Positions 9,060 through 19,374 of a DNA stretch of 64,000 nucleotides are shown in pieces. The notes below the pieces were generated by a model that saw only the letters and a list, made by a program, of their open reading frames with translations, ran no database searches and was not told the origin of the DNA. Location of the stretch: positions 7,455 through 71,454 of the IMG/VR virus record IMGVR_UViG_2922055605_000002. One strand, written 5' to 3'. The position numbers and the translations under genes are program-made. The stretch is from a virus. The first letter of the stretch is position 1; each line of letters opens with the position of its first letter.

Positions 9060-12000
9060 GTCAGTGCCATCAACCAGACAGCGCGCGCGGTGTCGTTATA
9101 CTCTGGACCAGTCAGCGACCCGTAGCCATAGGCACTGGTGCTGAAAGTAATTTTGGCCTCAGTGTTCACCGGTATCACCATGAACGGAATAATTGTCACA
9201 GAAAGATCCACGTCGCCACCGACTGACAGGGTCACGCTGGTTGTTTTTGTTTCGAGCAGAACTCCGTTTAAAAACACATGTGCGTTCAAGCCTATTATCC
9301 CATTACCTGAAACTCGGCGACGTAATGTAATTCCGCCCTGCACCAGCACCAAGTTTCTCGCTCTACTATATGCTGGGATGCTAAACGCTCCTTTGTGTGT
9401 AAACATTGCCGTCACATCACCCACAATACGATCTGCGTAGACAGTCCCCTTCACAACGCAATCCTGCTCAATTGTGCAGTTGCGCACCGTCATGTTTTTG
9501 ATATTTCCACCATCGGCATTCAATCGATTGGTATGAATACTGCCGTCAGCATAAATAATGGTGTGCCACGTCCAAGACCAACCTCCATATGGTCCCCCTT
9601 TTCCAAAGCCAGCAGCCCCTCCTGACATGTAGCTGTTACCCATGTCGATAACCGCACCACTGATGAAGGGTGCTGACAGGCTCACGCCGGCCTTCACATA
9701 ATCGGCGGTGATCTTCTCTGAGTTCAGGATCTGAATGGTGGCCTTGCGGATAATGGCCTCTGCAATGACCACCTGCCCGTTGTCGATCGCAAAAAGCGGG
9801 GCCGTTTTGTTCGGGCTGTTTGGGTTGAACACAAACACTTGGCTGGCAGACAACGCGATTTGGCTGGTGCCGTCAGACTTGGCAATAATCCCTATCCCTG
9901 CAGTGATCTGCCCGGCACTCGCCTTCGCGGTCCACATCGCCTGGGCACCATTTTTCAAGTCAGATATGGCTTGGCTGTGGGTCTGCACCGTTGCGGCCGT
10001 ACTTGAAATGCGAGGATCGTCCGTAGCCACCCAGGCGGTGCCACTGTACCGATACGGACGGTTATTGTTGCTGGTATCAAACCACAGGTCACCGGTTCCC
10101 ATTCCGGCGCTTGGGGCAGTCGATTGCCGCCATGTTTTATTCTTCCCGTTCGCCACTGCGGAGACGGTATTGATTTGATCGCCGATGGCAGAATCGGCAT
10201 CAGCACGGGCCTTCGATTCGGTCGTGATCTGCCCCTGGAGCTGGTTATCAGCCCCCTTATAGTCTGCGGTCACCTGCTGGATCTGGCTGGCCAGAGCGGA
10301 ATCTGCGTCAGCCCTTGCCTTGGTTTCGCTATTGATGGCAGCGGTATTTTGGGTAACCCCCTGCTTCGCATCGTCTGCACTGGCCTGGGCCCCGGCGGCG
10401 GCGTTGCCTGCTGATTCAGCAGTAGCCTTCACCTGGCTCAGTTGCTCAGCAATCGACTTGCTTGCCGTGGTACTGACCCTGGAGACTTCATCTATGCTGG
10501 CGCTCAGGTCTTGATCTGCCCCTTTGAGCTCCGCATCCATCGTGGATAACCGTTCAGCAAGGGCGCTATCCGCATCGCTTCTCGCTCTGACCTCATCCGC
10601 CACAGCTGCATTTGTAGCCTTGTCAGCGGCCTTGAACTCCGCATCAACAACACTGATCCGCTGAGACAGAGCCTCATCGGCCGTGGACCGAACCAGCTGC
10701 TCATTGGTGATCTGCGCCTTGAGGTCTGCATTGGCAGCGCCGAACTCGGCCGTCAGCTGCTCGACCGTTCGAGCTTGTGCTTCCTGCAGGTTGGCCAGCG
10801 TGCTCTGTTGCTGGAGGATGACACCTCGAGCCTTCCGATTTTCCCTGTCGCGCTTATCACCAGCAAGCGCGCCTTCCACCTGACTGATCGCCCCGACATC
10901 AAACTCGGATTCCATCTTGTCCTGGCGCTGGCTGAGCGACTCTTCATTGCTGACCACTACACGCTGTAGCTCTGTAATGCTGGCGGTGTTCTCTCCGACC
11001 TTCACATCAATGGTGCTGATCCGCTCACCGAGCGCTTTGTCGGCATCCGCCAGGGCCTTGCTCGACTCGGAAAGTGATGCAGTCAGCGCCGTATCAGCAG
11101 CCTTGAACTCGGCATCGACAGTGCGAATCTGCTGGGCCAGCGCCTCATCTTGGGTAGTCCTTGCCAGATCCTCGGCAGCGATCCTTGCATTGGACTCCTC
11201 AAGTTCGCCGCTGAACTGGGCCACCACCTCGGTTACCCTTTTCGATATCGCCTCATCAGCGGTGACCCGGGCCGACTCCTCTTGGGTGATGTTTGCGGCA
11301 AGCTCTGCTGTGGTAGTCGATAGCTTGGCGGCCAGCTGATCCTGCCGTAGAGACAACGCCTCATCAGCTGACGCGCTCGATTGCTCCAGCGCCTTGATAC
11401 TGGCGTTAGCCTTGGCATCGCCATCTTTATAGTCGGCAGTCATGTTGTCGATGCGCTGAGAAAGCGCGGAGTCTGCATCCGAAGTCACTTTCTCAACGGA
11501 TGAGATCCTGGCTTGGGTGGTGGCATCCTTCGCTTCAAACTTCACACTCATGTCAGTGATGCGCTGGGCCTGAGCCTGCTGCTCAGTCAGGATCACCTTC
11601 TGCTCGGTGCGGATGGAGCCAAATGCTTTTCTACTCTCCCGATCCCGCTCATCACCAGACAGGGCGCCCTCTATGGTGGCTGATGCATTGTCATCATCCT
11701 GCCCCCGCTGCAGGTCAAGCTCTGCGGTAATGGAATCAAAGCGACCGGCTGTGATGCCGCCGTCATCCTCAATGATCTCCTCGAGCGCCTGGATCTTGGC
11801 CTCTGAATCATCCGCTCTCACCTCGAGCCCACTGACTCGCTGAGCGGTAACCCGATCACTCTCCGCTGTCACCCGAGCGAGATCGGTAATGCTCGCCTGC
11901 AGCGTTTCATCCCCATGCTTGACCTGAGCGGTCAATCCATCAAGACGCTGCGCCTGTGAACTCAGCTCATCGGTATGAACTGTCAGCTTGCTTTGGGCGT

Positions 12001-13207
12001 TTGCCAGCCGTTCACCCTGGGCATCAACCTCTTGCTGTGTGGCCTTCTGGCTCAACTCCCCTTTGGTGGCGTTGAGTTCTTGCCCGATCTCGGTGACCTT
12101 CTTCTGCTCTTCGGTGAACTCGCCCTTGGTAACGGTCTGGCTAAGGCTGGCATCAAGGCCATTGATGCGCTGCTCTGCCTCAGTGATGCGCTTGCCCTGA
12201 CCATCCACGGTGACATTGTCAGCCTTGCTGGTGATCTGGCCGGCTACGGCATCCAGTCCTTGATGAACTTCGGTGATGGAGGTGTGCAGCTCATCTCGCA
12301 CGGCATTGACTGCATCCATCGTGATGCTGCCATTTTCGGGATCGACAACAAACACCGCGTCACGGAACGAGTCAAAATCGCCTTTGTACTTGTCCAACTT
12401 GGCATTGAGACGATCCTGCACCAGACCAATTTCGATGCTCGAGTTTCCCAGCTGCTGCTGGGCATCATCCAGTAGGTCCTGAGCAACCTTCTGCCGCTCA
12501 TCCAGTCCAGCCAGCTCCTGCTCGATGCTGGGAATCTTGTTCTCGATCGCGTCAACTTTGGGGCGGATCACCTCAATTTCATCGACCTTGGGTTTCAGAA
12601 TCGTGACATCAAGCTGTAGCTGTGGAACAGCCTCAATAGGCTTGAGCAGCTCTTGCACGAGATGACTCTTTTCAATCTTGCCCTGAAGCTCATCCAGAAT
12701 GTCCTGCACATCCCGGCTGGTTTCAGCCACAACACCATTCACGCCCTGAAATGGGCCATGGTCATCCTTGCCGTTGACGAAACGCACCCAGTAGTAGAAC
12801 TTCGCCCCCTTCCCAATCGCATCAGAGAACAGGTTTGCTGATGTGGTGCCTACCAGCACGGCGTCGGGCTGGTTGTCTTTCTCCGCCCGCCAAATCTCGG
12901 CATGGGCATGCCCCCGGTACCGCGGCGAATCCCACTCCACCAGGACAGTGTGAAATGCGCCATTGGCGATCACATTGACCGGGGCATGAGGAAACTCCAT
13001 CTGGCCAGGAGGGAAAAGGTCAGGGTTCTTACCGGGGACGTAAATGCCGCCAGGCCCTGGGCGCAGAGTGGACAGCCCCAAGGCGGTCAACTCCCGGAAG
13101 GTAACAGCCTTGTCGAGCCGGTCACCACGCTGCCCTGTCAGCAGCTCTACGTTTTCAGAGGTTGCGGCTTGGTCCCGGCCAGCGCGGTATGCGGGTTTCT
13201 TGGCCAT
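9056..13207 (-). CDS. Host-specificity / central tail fibre protein (J-like, DUF1983-like) with long coiled-coil repeats
   Basis: 1383 aa; N-terminal FN3-like region (VNVIANGAFHTVLVEWD..YYWVRFVN), repeated ADxALxQRI units, GDLWFDTSNNN motif, AGIGII region, lower-GC C-terminal tip. Confidence 0.8.
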   Translation of the reverse strand: MAKKPAYRAGRDQAATSENVELLTGQRGDRLDKAVTFRELTALGLSTLRPGPGGIYVPGKNPDLFPPGQMEFPHAPVNVIANGAFHTVLVEWDSPRYRGHAHAEIWRAEKDNQPDAVLVGTTSANLFSDAIGKGAKFYYWVRFVNGKDDHGPFQGVNGVVAETSRDVQDILDELQGKIEKSHLVQELLKPIEAVPQLQLDVTILKPKVDEIEVIRPKVDAIENKIPSIEQELAGLDERQKVAQDLLDDAQQQLGNSSIEIGLVQDRLNAKLDKYKGDFDSFRDAVFVVDPENGSITMDAVNAVRDELHTSITEVHQGLDAVAGQITSKADNVTVDGQGKRITEAEQRINGLDASLSQTVTKGEFTEEQKKVTEIGQELNATKGELSQKATQQEVDAQGERLANAQSKLTVHTDELSSQAQRLDGLTAQVKHGDETLQASITDLARVTAESDRVTAQRVSGLEVRADDSEAKIQALEEIIEDDGGITAGRFDSITAELDLQRGQDDDNASATIEGALSGDERDRESRKAFGSIRTEQKVILTEQQAQAQRITDMSVKFEAKDATTQARISSVEKVTSDADSALSQRIDNMTADYKDGDAKANASIKALEQSSASADEALSLRQDQLAAKLSTTTAELAANITQEESARVTADEAISKRVTEVVAQFSGELEESNARIAAEDLARTTQDEALAQQIRTVDAEFKAADTALTASLSESSKALADADKALGERISTIDVKVGENTASITELQRVVVSNEESLSQRQDKMESEFDVGAISQVEGALAGDKRDRENRKARGVILQQQSTLANLQEAQARTVEQLTAEFGAANADLKAQITNEQLVRSTADEALSQRISVVDAEFKAADKATNAAVADEVRARSDADSALAERLSTMDAELKGADQDLSASIDEVSRVSTTASKSIAEQLSQVKATAESAGNAAAGAQASADDAKQGVTQNTAAINSETKARADADSALASQIQQVTADYKGADNQLQGQITTESKARADADSAIGDQINTVSAVANGKNKTWRQSTAPSAGMGTGDLWFDTSNNNRPYRYSGTAWVATDDPRISSTAATVQTHSQAISDLKNGAQAMWTAKASAGQITAGIGIIAKSDGTSQIALSASQVFVFNPNSPNKTAPLFAIDNGQVVIAEAIIRKATIQILNSEKITADYVKAGVSLSAPFISGAVIDMGNSYMSGGAAGFGKGGPYGGWSWTWHTIIYADGSIHTNRLNADGGNIKNMTVRNCTIEQDCVVKGTVYADRIVGDVTAMFTHKGAFSIPAYSRARNLVLVQGGITLRRRVSGNGIIGLNAHVFLNGVLLETKTTSVTLSVGGDVDLSVTIIPFMVIPVNTEAKITFSTSAYGYGSLTGPEYNDTARAVWLMALT

Positions 13208-14814
13208 CAGTTCACCATCTCCGCCATGCTGCTCGCCAACGTGATACGGCGCACCACTGAGGTGCCGAAGACCTCTACCTGCCAGAAGCGGCCGCGCACT
13301 GGCGGTAGCCTGAATGCCCCATCTACCAAGTTGCCAGGAGACAGATCCATCACTGGCTCACCATCAACGATCAGCGTGAGCCCCACCTTGGCGATAACCC
13401 CCGCCAACACCCGGCAACAGCTGAACGATGTTCCCTCGGGCGTCATGAAGATCTTGGATCGCCACACGAACTGGCCGTTGCTGGCACTGCCGCCGCGCCA
13501 AATCTGCAAACTGCGGCCCTTGGCCACGAAGAGGGAATCGCTCTCCATATCGGATACTGCTGCATCCCACCGGTTCGTCAGCTCACGGATGTCGCCACTC
13601 TTGGGGTCAAAGATGAATGCGTGGGTGTCTGTCAGAGCCACATACTTGCCTTCGTGGTGCCATGCCCGCATGGATTCCGGCTTCATGGCGCGCCACTGCT
13701 TCCGGGTGATGACCTGCTCGGTGACCACTTGCCCGCCGTTGGCACCAATGCCTACCAGCCCATCTGGAGAGGCATAGAGCACCACTCCATCCATAGCGAC
13801 CATAGAGCGTCCGCTGATGCAGGCCTGTGGCAGCTGACTCAGCTTCTGAGTGGTTACAGAGGCAGGGCTTACACCCTGCGCCAGATAGGGGTAACCCTTG
13901 GTCCCAATCACCAGAGTGGTATCGATGGCGGAGATCGCAACGATGTCGTGCTCAGTGGTCAACCGGTACTTCTCCGGCCAGGCATAGGGCAGATACGGCT
14001 CGCACAGGTAAAGGGAGTTGCCAGCAAACCCAGCACACATGCCGTTGGCCATTTGGCAAAGCCCACGCAAGCCCTCGGGTGGCATGGTGTAGCCGTAAGT
14101 CTCCAGCACGGCACCCAGCTCCCCATCCGCCCGGTTATCGACAAACGACGCTTGAGCTATTGGAAGCTCGGCCACCAACAGGTAGTCGGCAATGCCGCCT
14201 CCTGACACAGACCGGTAGATCCGGCGCTTGGTGATGTTGCTGTTCTGGGATGTCGGCTGAGTCAGTACCAAGGCAACAGACGACCCAGGGATCGTGATGG
14301 TGACTTTTCCACTGGCTGGGCCGGGTGGCCCCTCCTCTCCCATCGCAGTCACGAAGGTGTCCACATAGAAGCGGGTTTCGTCATCAATGAGGTCGTCATC
14401 GACACCACCGGATGGCGGCGTAATTGCGCCCACTCCAACAGGAACGCCTGGGGCAGGGATACCAAGCCGGTACCACGCCGTCGGCTTGTTGGCTCCGCCA
14501 GTGGCGATCTGGGCATGAGTCACCTTGGGGTATTCACCATCCGTGTAATAAACCCGACCGTATGGATCCTGGGCAATTGGCGAGCGCATGGCCTCCACCA
14601 CTTTGTTCCAGGCGAACCAGTGCTGACCATAGTGAAAGAGCGTGGTGGGCACGATTGGCAACTCCACACCTGTGCTGGCGTCATCCTCCAGCGGGGAGAT
14701 AACGCCATGGTCAAAATGGCAGTCACTGGCAATCACCGCGACTTCATCAGACAAAAGGTGTGGCTCCACGCGCGGCATAGTCCCTCGCATGGTGACGATA
14801 TCGAGTACGGGCAT
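13207..14814 (-). CDS. Tail nozzle / DNA stabilisation protein (P22 gp10 or T7 gp12-like)
   Basis: Probable start MPVLDIVTMRG at 14814 (535 aa), beta-rich; position between adaptor/fibre genes and ejection genes. Confidence 0.7.
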   Translation of the reverse strand: MPVLDIVTMRGTMPRVEPHLLSDEVAVIASDCHFDHGVISPLEDDASTGVELPIVPTTLFHYGQHWFAWNKVVEAMRSPIAQDPYGRVYYTDGEYPKVTHAQIATGGANKPTAWYRLGIPAPGVPVGVGAITPPSGGVDDDLIDDETRFYVDTFVTAMGEEGPPGPASGKVTITIPGSSVALVLTQPTSQNSNITKRRIYRSVSGGGIADYLLVAELPIAQASFVDNRADGELGAVLETYGYTMPPEGLRGLCQMANGMCAGFAGNSLYLCEPYLPYAWPEKYRLTTEHDIVAISAIDTTLVIGTKGYPYLAQGVSPASVTTQKLSQLPQACISGRSMVAMDGVVLYASPDGLVGIGANGGQVVTEQVITRKQWRAMKPESMRAWHHEGKYVALTDTHAFIFDPKSGDIRELTNRWDAAVSDMESDSLFVAKGRSLQIWRGGSASNGQFVWRSKIFMTPEGTSFSCCRVLAGVIAKVGLTLIVDGEPVMDLSPGNLVDGAFRLPPVRGRFWQVEVFGTSVVRRITLASSMAEMVN

Positions 14815-14835
14815 GGGGATCTCGGAGAAGCAGAA

Positions 14836-14906
14836 ACGAAAAAGCCCCACTCGGGAGAGCAGGGCCATGATGGGTAAATCCTAACGCCGGGCGCGTCAGG
14901 AGGCAA
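14836..14906 (-). promoter_or_regulatory. Late promoter-terminator module 2
   Basis: TTGCCT(14906-14901)-N17-TAGGAT(14883-14878) with CCGGCGT before the -10, then a GC hairpin plus TTTTTCGTTT. Confidence 0.75.
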
Positions 14907-14915
14907 GCGCTGGGC

Positions 14916-15221
14916 TCATGCCCACCTTTGCGTGGGGGTCTTGGGATACGTCCGTTGGGCATCAAGGGCAGTGGCCAACTCAGCAGACTTGGTGCGCACA
15001 TTAACGTGATAACCAGGTAATGGGGCCGTCACATCCTCTATGCGGCCATCTACCATCACCTTTTCACCGGTTGGCTTATAGATGGTCCCGATTACCGCAA
15101 GGGCGGAGTCTGGGTGATATAGCTCACCGGTATCGGGATCCTGGCTAAAGCCTGCCGCCTTGAGGGCCAGCGTCATGGCCGACTTGCTGCCCGCCTTGAG
15201 GTAGAGATCAATCATGGTCAT
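14916..15221 (-). CDS. Tail-fibre-associated (chaperone-like) protein
   Basis: Probable start MTMIDLYLKAGSK at 15221 (101 aa); ends PKTPTQRWA, a typical fibre-assembly protein C-terminus. Confidence 0.6.
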   Translation of the reverse strand: MTMIDLYLKAGSKSAMTLALKAAGFSQDPDTGELYHPDSALAVIGTIYKPTGEKVMVDGRIEDVTAPLPGYHVNVRTKSAELATALDAQRTYPKTPTQRWA

Positions 15222-15444
15222 GGGTCTTGTCCTTCCAGAAATACCAGCCGCCAGCGCGGCAAGCGGCCCAGAACAGCCAGGCCAGCATCGGCTTGCCCTG
15301 GGCAATCATGCACTGGCGCAAGCGCCGGTCAGCCTCGGCGCGGGATACCGTGCCTTTGGCGCCATAGTCGTTGTCGTGCTGCTTGCAGCAGCCGTTAGTA
15401 CCAGGGGGAACGGGGCCAAGCCCCGTGCAGTAATGGCGGGTCAC
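15208..15444 (-). CDS. Small phospholipase A2-like protein
   Basis: 78 aa with CCKQHDNDY (CCxxHDxxY catalytic-type motif) and downstream ADRRLRQCM; overlaps both neighbours. Confidence 0.6.
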   Translation of the reverse strand: MTRHYCTGLGPVPPGTNGCCKQHDNDYGAKGTVSRAEADRRLRQCMIAQGKPMLAWLFWAACRAGGWYFWKDKTHDHD

Positions 15445-17132
15445 TTGATGGCCCTGAGTTGTGCATCACTCGCTGAACGGTGCCAGCATCTGAAATTTCG
15501 GATCCTGATGCTGGACGCATGCCCCCAGCCACCGAGCGCCCCAATTTCCAAACGCTCATAGGCAACCTCGGCCTGACCTGGTTTGATAGTGCAAGGAGTC
15601 GATGATTTCACGACAGCGCCGCCGTTGAGGCTGTACGCTACATTGCCGCCGTCATAGTCGAACGTTGCCGAAATGACGTTGCGCTTCTTGAAGGCAAACT
15701 GGGTGGTGAATGCCTTCACATAGTCGTTGTTGGCCATCAGATTTCCGTCACTCCAGACGCCAACAAAAGTGCGAGTGGGATAGGAGCCATCGCAGAACAA
15801 CGGGATATATCCCGACAGGCTACCGCTGATCACCTCGAATTCGAGAGCATAGGTTCGGCTCTTACCATAGCCGGGGCTGTTTACTGGGCCGGGCAGCCAC
15901 ACCAGTTCGGTTGCCCTGGTGGCGGCAGCCGTGGTGGTTGGGATAAGCGAAGTCGGTGGGCCGTTCTCAATTTGCACTGACAAGATTTCAAAGTTCAACG
16001 AGCCATTGCCCTGCCAAGCACTGCCGCCGCCAACAAACCCCCACACGAATGAGCGCAGGACAGAACCAAGAATGGTTGAGCGATGAACAATCTGTAACGG
16101 TTTCCCAACCTGATCTGGGGTGATGTTCACTACCGTTCCGTTTACTGTCATATCATTCGAGCCGAGCCGAATGCTATCCATCCCTGCCCTCAACGGAATG
16201 AGTTCAACTGTGATGGATACATCGTCACCCGCTGTCAGGCCGGAGATGCTGCGCAGGTTTAGATAGTGACCACCAAGCTCCATGTCCTCGCGAAATTTGG
16301 TGGTAACGGCCTCGCCAAGAAGCCCGGAGCCCGCCGTCACTTCAACCGTGCCTCTTGTGGTCATGCTGCCAGAGCCATCGTGAGGGAAATAGAGGTTGGT
16401 GGAGCCGCGCTCTTTTACCAAGGCGCCGCCTTCATAGCGGGGCTCACCAGCTGGAACGAGCCGCAGCTTGCCGTCACGTTGGCGCTCAGTCGCTGAACTC
16501 AACCGCTCAAACTGCCAGTTCCGGGCAACCACATCCTCGCCCACTTTCACATCCCGCCCCTTGCCGGTGATCAGCCGCAAGCTGTCCACCAAGGGTGACC
16601 ACAAATCCGGCAATGGCATGGCCGAATCCCTGACCACGTTGACAGCCAGATCGGCTGATGCCGCGGCCTTGTCCGCCTCTGCCTTGGCGCGGGTTGCCTG
16701 CCCTTCCCCCTCGCTGGTAACTCGCTTCCACGGGATCATGGTGTGCTTTGTGCCATCCGGCGCGGTTACCTCAATGGTTGCAGCATCACTGGTCAGCAGA
16801 GCCTGGAAAGCATCACTCTGCTGCTGATATGCCCCCAGGGTGGCATTCAGACGGCGGGCAAACTCAGGGATGGAGTCTGTCCGAGATGTGTCAATGGCAT
16901 AGGCCTTACCGGTGCCGGTAGTTCCCCGGTAAGCCTCTACCAGATAAAACACAGTATTCGACTCTGAGTAGTCAACTTCATACAGGTCTACAGCCGTGCC
17001 GGTTACCATTACCAAGAGGTGCCCTTTTGCTGCGGCATTCTTCGGATCGGCAAAGGTGGTGCCCGTGCCCACCACCTTCTTGCTCCCTTTGGTGACGGCA
17101 ATGGTACCGTCACGCTTCCACACTCCAGCCAT
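15441..17132 (-). CDS. Tail fibre / tail spike with lectin-like (LamG-type) C-terminus
   Basis: 563 aa; N-terminal GTIAVTKGSKKVVGTGTTF virion-binding motif, AATRATELV linker, beta-rich lower-GC C-terminus. Confidence 0.8.
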   Translation of the reverse strand: MAGVWKRDGTIAVTKGSKKVVGTGTTFADPKNAAAKGHLLVMVTGTAVDLYEVDYSESNTVFYLVEAYRGTTGTGKAYAIDTSRTDSIPEFARRLNATLGAYQQQSDAFQALLTSDAATIEVTAPDGTKHTMIPWKRVTSEGEGQATRAKAEADKAAASADLAVNVVRDSAMPLPDLWSPLVDSLRLITGKGRDVKVGEDVVARNWQFERLSSATERQRDGKLRLVPAGEPRYEGGALVKERGSTNLYFPHDGSGSMTTRGTVEVTAGSGLLGEAVTTKFREDMELGGHYLNLRSISGLTAGDDVSITVELIPLRAGMDSIRLGSNDMTVNGTVVNITPDQVGKPLQIVHRSTILGSVLRSFVWGFVGGGSAWQGNGSLNFEILSVQIENGPPTSLIPTTTAAATRATELVWLPGPVNSPGYGKSRTYALEFEVISGSLSGYIPLFCDGSYPTRTFVGVWSDGNLMANNDYVKAFTTQFAFKKRNVISATFDYDGGNVAYSLNGGAVVKSSTPCTIKPGQAEVAYERLEIGALGGWGHASSIRIRNFRCWHRSASDAQLRAIK

Positions 17133-17141
17133 GCTGCCCCC

Positions 17142-17819
17142 TTATTGCCCGGTCACGCGGGAGAAGCCTTCGGTCTTGCGCTGCTCCATGTTTGCATCAA
17201 CCTGGGTCTTCTCACCGAGTTGCTGCAGGTAGGCGTTGTAATGACCGACCGCCCGATTGGAGTTGGCGCTGTATTCGGAGTCCTTCGAGAAGGCCCGGTA
17301 CATGATGAAGTCGATCAGCGGGTTGATGTAGATGTCATCCAGATCGGCCAGCGCCGGGGTGCCTGCGCTCTCGACATCCGGCAGCATCTTGGATTGCGGG
17401 GCAACTGAGTAGATCACATCCACTTTCACTGCGGCGGCCGGGCCTGGGTATAGGTAGAAATTCTTGGGATCGCGGTCGTCATAGGTGTAGGCCGCCACAC
17501 TGGTACTATCCTTGCCTGCATGCCAGTCCGGGTAGCTGTCATCCAGCGCACGGCGCGGCACGAAGCGGATCACTTTGCCATCGGCATTGCGAAGCACCTC
17601 GATCAGCCTGAGGGCATCTGCCGGCAAGCTCTGCTTGGTACCTGCAGCGCAGTTAAATTGCACGTTCTTGGTGTGGGCATCCGGACGCATCAACACGATC
17701 GCCTTGGCGGCGTCGTTGTAATAGTCCAGCAGCTCCTGCTTGGGCCAACGAACCCAAGTGCGATCGTTGAGCAAGGTGTTTACCCGCTTGAGGATCGAGT
17801 CAACGGTAACGGTTGCCAT
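17142..17819 (-). CDS. Head-tail adaptor / tail tubular protein
   Basis: 225 aa; position and the LIDFIMYRAFSKDSEY motif typical of 933W-type adaptors. Confidence 0.65.
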   Translation of the reverse strand: MATVTVDSILKRVNTLLNDRTWVRWPKQELLDYYNDAAKAIVLMRPDAHTKNVQFNCAAGTKQSLPADALRLIEVLRNADGKVIRFVPRRALDDSYPDWHAGKDSTSVAAYTYDDRDPKNFYLYPGPAAAVKVDVIYSVAPQSKMLPDVESAGTPALADLDDIYINPLIDFIMYRAFSKDSEYSANSNRAVGHYNAYLQQLGEKTQVDANMEQRKTEGFSRVTGQ

Positions 17820-17831
17820 GTCTGGGGTCCT

Positions 17832-18413
17832 TTAAAAAAATGAGTGCTTACGGGGAGGGTTGTGGAACTCGACCTGAGTCGCGGCACTGTGCTGCTTGCG
17901 GAAGCGGCCGGCACGGCGCCACCCTTCAACAAACTCGGCACGGTGGTAGCCCGCACGCTTCGGGTCAGACCAAGGGCGATCTGGCTGGGCATAAAGCAGC
18001 GCGGCCACGCCATGGGCAATGGCCTCGGCATGATCGGTGTAGAGCTGAGCCGGCAGCGTCTTGCTACCCTTGAGCGGGGCAGCAGCAAACCAGACGCGCA
18101 CGTTGTCCAGGTCGGTCAGCACGCTGATCTCGTTGGTCGAGATTGCGAAGTAGTCACGCCCGCTGACAAAGGGCGCTTCACTCTCACCGGTCAGGTGCAA
18201 CACATTGCAGGAGGTCAGGCCATCGGTATCGCATACCGTCTCCAAGCTCCCTGCTGATGCCGAGCGAATAAACCGGTCCAGGGTGATGAGCTCTGACTCG
18301 CGGCAGAAGGTGATGGCCGCCTCAGTGACGGCCTCCTCCAGCATGATCTCCAGCGGGCCAGTGATGTGCATCCTGACAGTTGGCAGGAACTGCTCACGCG
18401 GCACCATCTGCAT
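17832..18413 (-). CDS. Virion structural (adaptor-like) protein
   Basis: 193 aa downstream of the capsid genes; helical-beta-helical adaptor-like pattern. Confidence 0.55.
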   Translation of the reverse strand: MQMVPREQFLPTVRMHITGPLEIMLEEAVTEAAITFCRESELITLDRFIRSASAGSLETVCDTDGLTSCNVLHLTGESEAPFVSGRDYFAISTNEISVLTDLDNVRVWFAAAPLKGSKTLPAQLYTDHAEAIAHGVAALLYAQPDRPWSDPKRAGYHRAEFVEGWRRAGRFRKQHSAATQVEFHNPPRKHSFF

Positions 18414-18414
18414 A

Positions 18415-18852
18415 TCAGCCCTCCTGCTCTGCCAGCTTGGCCTTCATGGCATCACGCACGCGCACACGGAAATCGCCGACCTTCTCTTGCGGGCCTTGCG
18501 GATCAAGGCGCAGATCCTCGCCTTCAACCAGGGTGGCCAGCTGTGCAGAGGTCAGCTTGGCCAAGTCGCGGTCCCCGACAACCATGCTCTGCTCTTCAGC
18601 CAGGCGAGCTTCCTCTGCAGCCAGGCGCTCAGCCTCTTCAATCGCAGCTTGTTCCAGCGCTTCCTGTTGTGCCTTCACATCCCCCAGCTCTTCGGAGCGG
18701 CGCCACACAGAGGGAAACTCCAGCAGTTGCATGGCGATGTGGCTCTCCACATCAACCGCAGTGTGACGCGGGAACACCAGGCGGCTGCCGGTGACGGTGT
18801 CTTTCTTGCTCGGCTTGTTGCCGATGTAAACCACAGCAATCTTGTCGCTCAC
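18415..18852 (-). CDS. Conserved phage head-region protein
   Basis: 145 aa ORF with SD, in operon. Confidence 0.6.
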   Translation of the reverse strand: MSDKIAVVYIGNKPSKKDTVTGSRLVFPRHTAVDVESHIAMQLLEFPSVWRRSEELGDVKAQQEALEQAAIEEAERLAAEEARLAEEQSMVVGDRDLAKLTSAQLATLVEGEDLRLDPQGPQEKVGDFRVRVRDAMKAKLAEQEG

Positions 18853-18918
18853 GGTTGTCTCTCCAATCCAGAAATAGAAACGCCCAGCACGGGGCCGGGC
18901 GCATAGTGATGGGCAGCC

Positions 18919-19308
18919 TTAGAGGTTGCCGATCACTTCGTAATGCAGTTTGAGCTTGGCGGTGCCTGTTGCCGTGCCGCCGCCAACGGTGAGACTGATC
19001 TCCTGATCCGCCTCAGTCATCAGGTCATCGACCGGGATGTACTTGGCCACCGCCGTCGCCGTGCTCTCGGCATTGATGATGGTGGTAGTACCGATCTTGG
19101 CGGTGATTGTGGTGCTGGACCCCAGCGCACCAGTGAAGAGGGTGACCCCCACCACTTTCAGGTTGGGCTCCACCTTGTCGCCGAACGCGACGACATCGCC
19201 AGCGGGCACCGCAGCCAGTTTGGCTACCAAGGTCGGGGAGATAGAGAGGTTGCCGAACGCGCCGACAAACCAGCGGTAAGCTCGGGCAATCAGGGTAGTT
19301 TTGGCCAT
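18919..19308 (-). CDS. Capsid decoration / cement protein
   Basis: Probable start MAKTTLI at 19308 (129 aa), beta-rich, directly after the major capsid gene. Confidence 0.6.
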   Translation of the reverse strand: MAKTTLIARAYRWFVGAFGNLSISPTLVAKLAAVPAGDVVAFGDKVEPNLKVVGVTLFTGALGSSTTITAKIGTTTIINAESTATAVAKYIPVDDLMTEADQEISLTVGGGTATGTAKLKLHYEVIGNL

Positions 19309-19374
19309 GATATGGCTCCTTGTCTGGTCAGATATCAAAAGGAGGGGGAGAACCCCCTCGCTTGGGTTGGTGGC

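Noticed and set aside
15441-17132. Diversity-generating retroelement or shufflon acting on the tail fibres (also checked 55722-58072)
   Set aside because: I saw no TR/VR repeat pair, reverse transcriptase, invertase or crossover-site repeats in the window.
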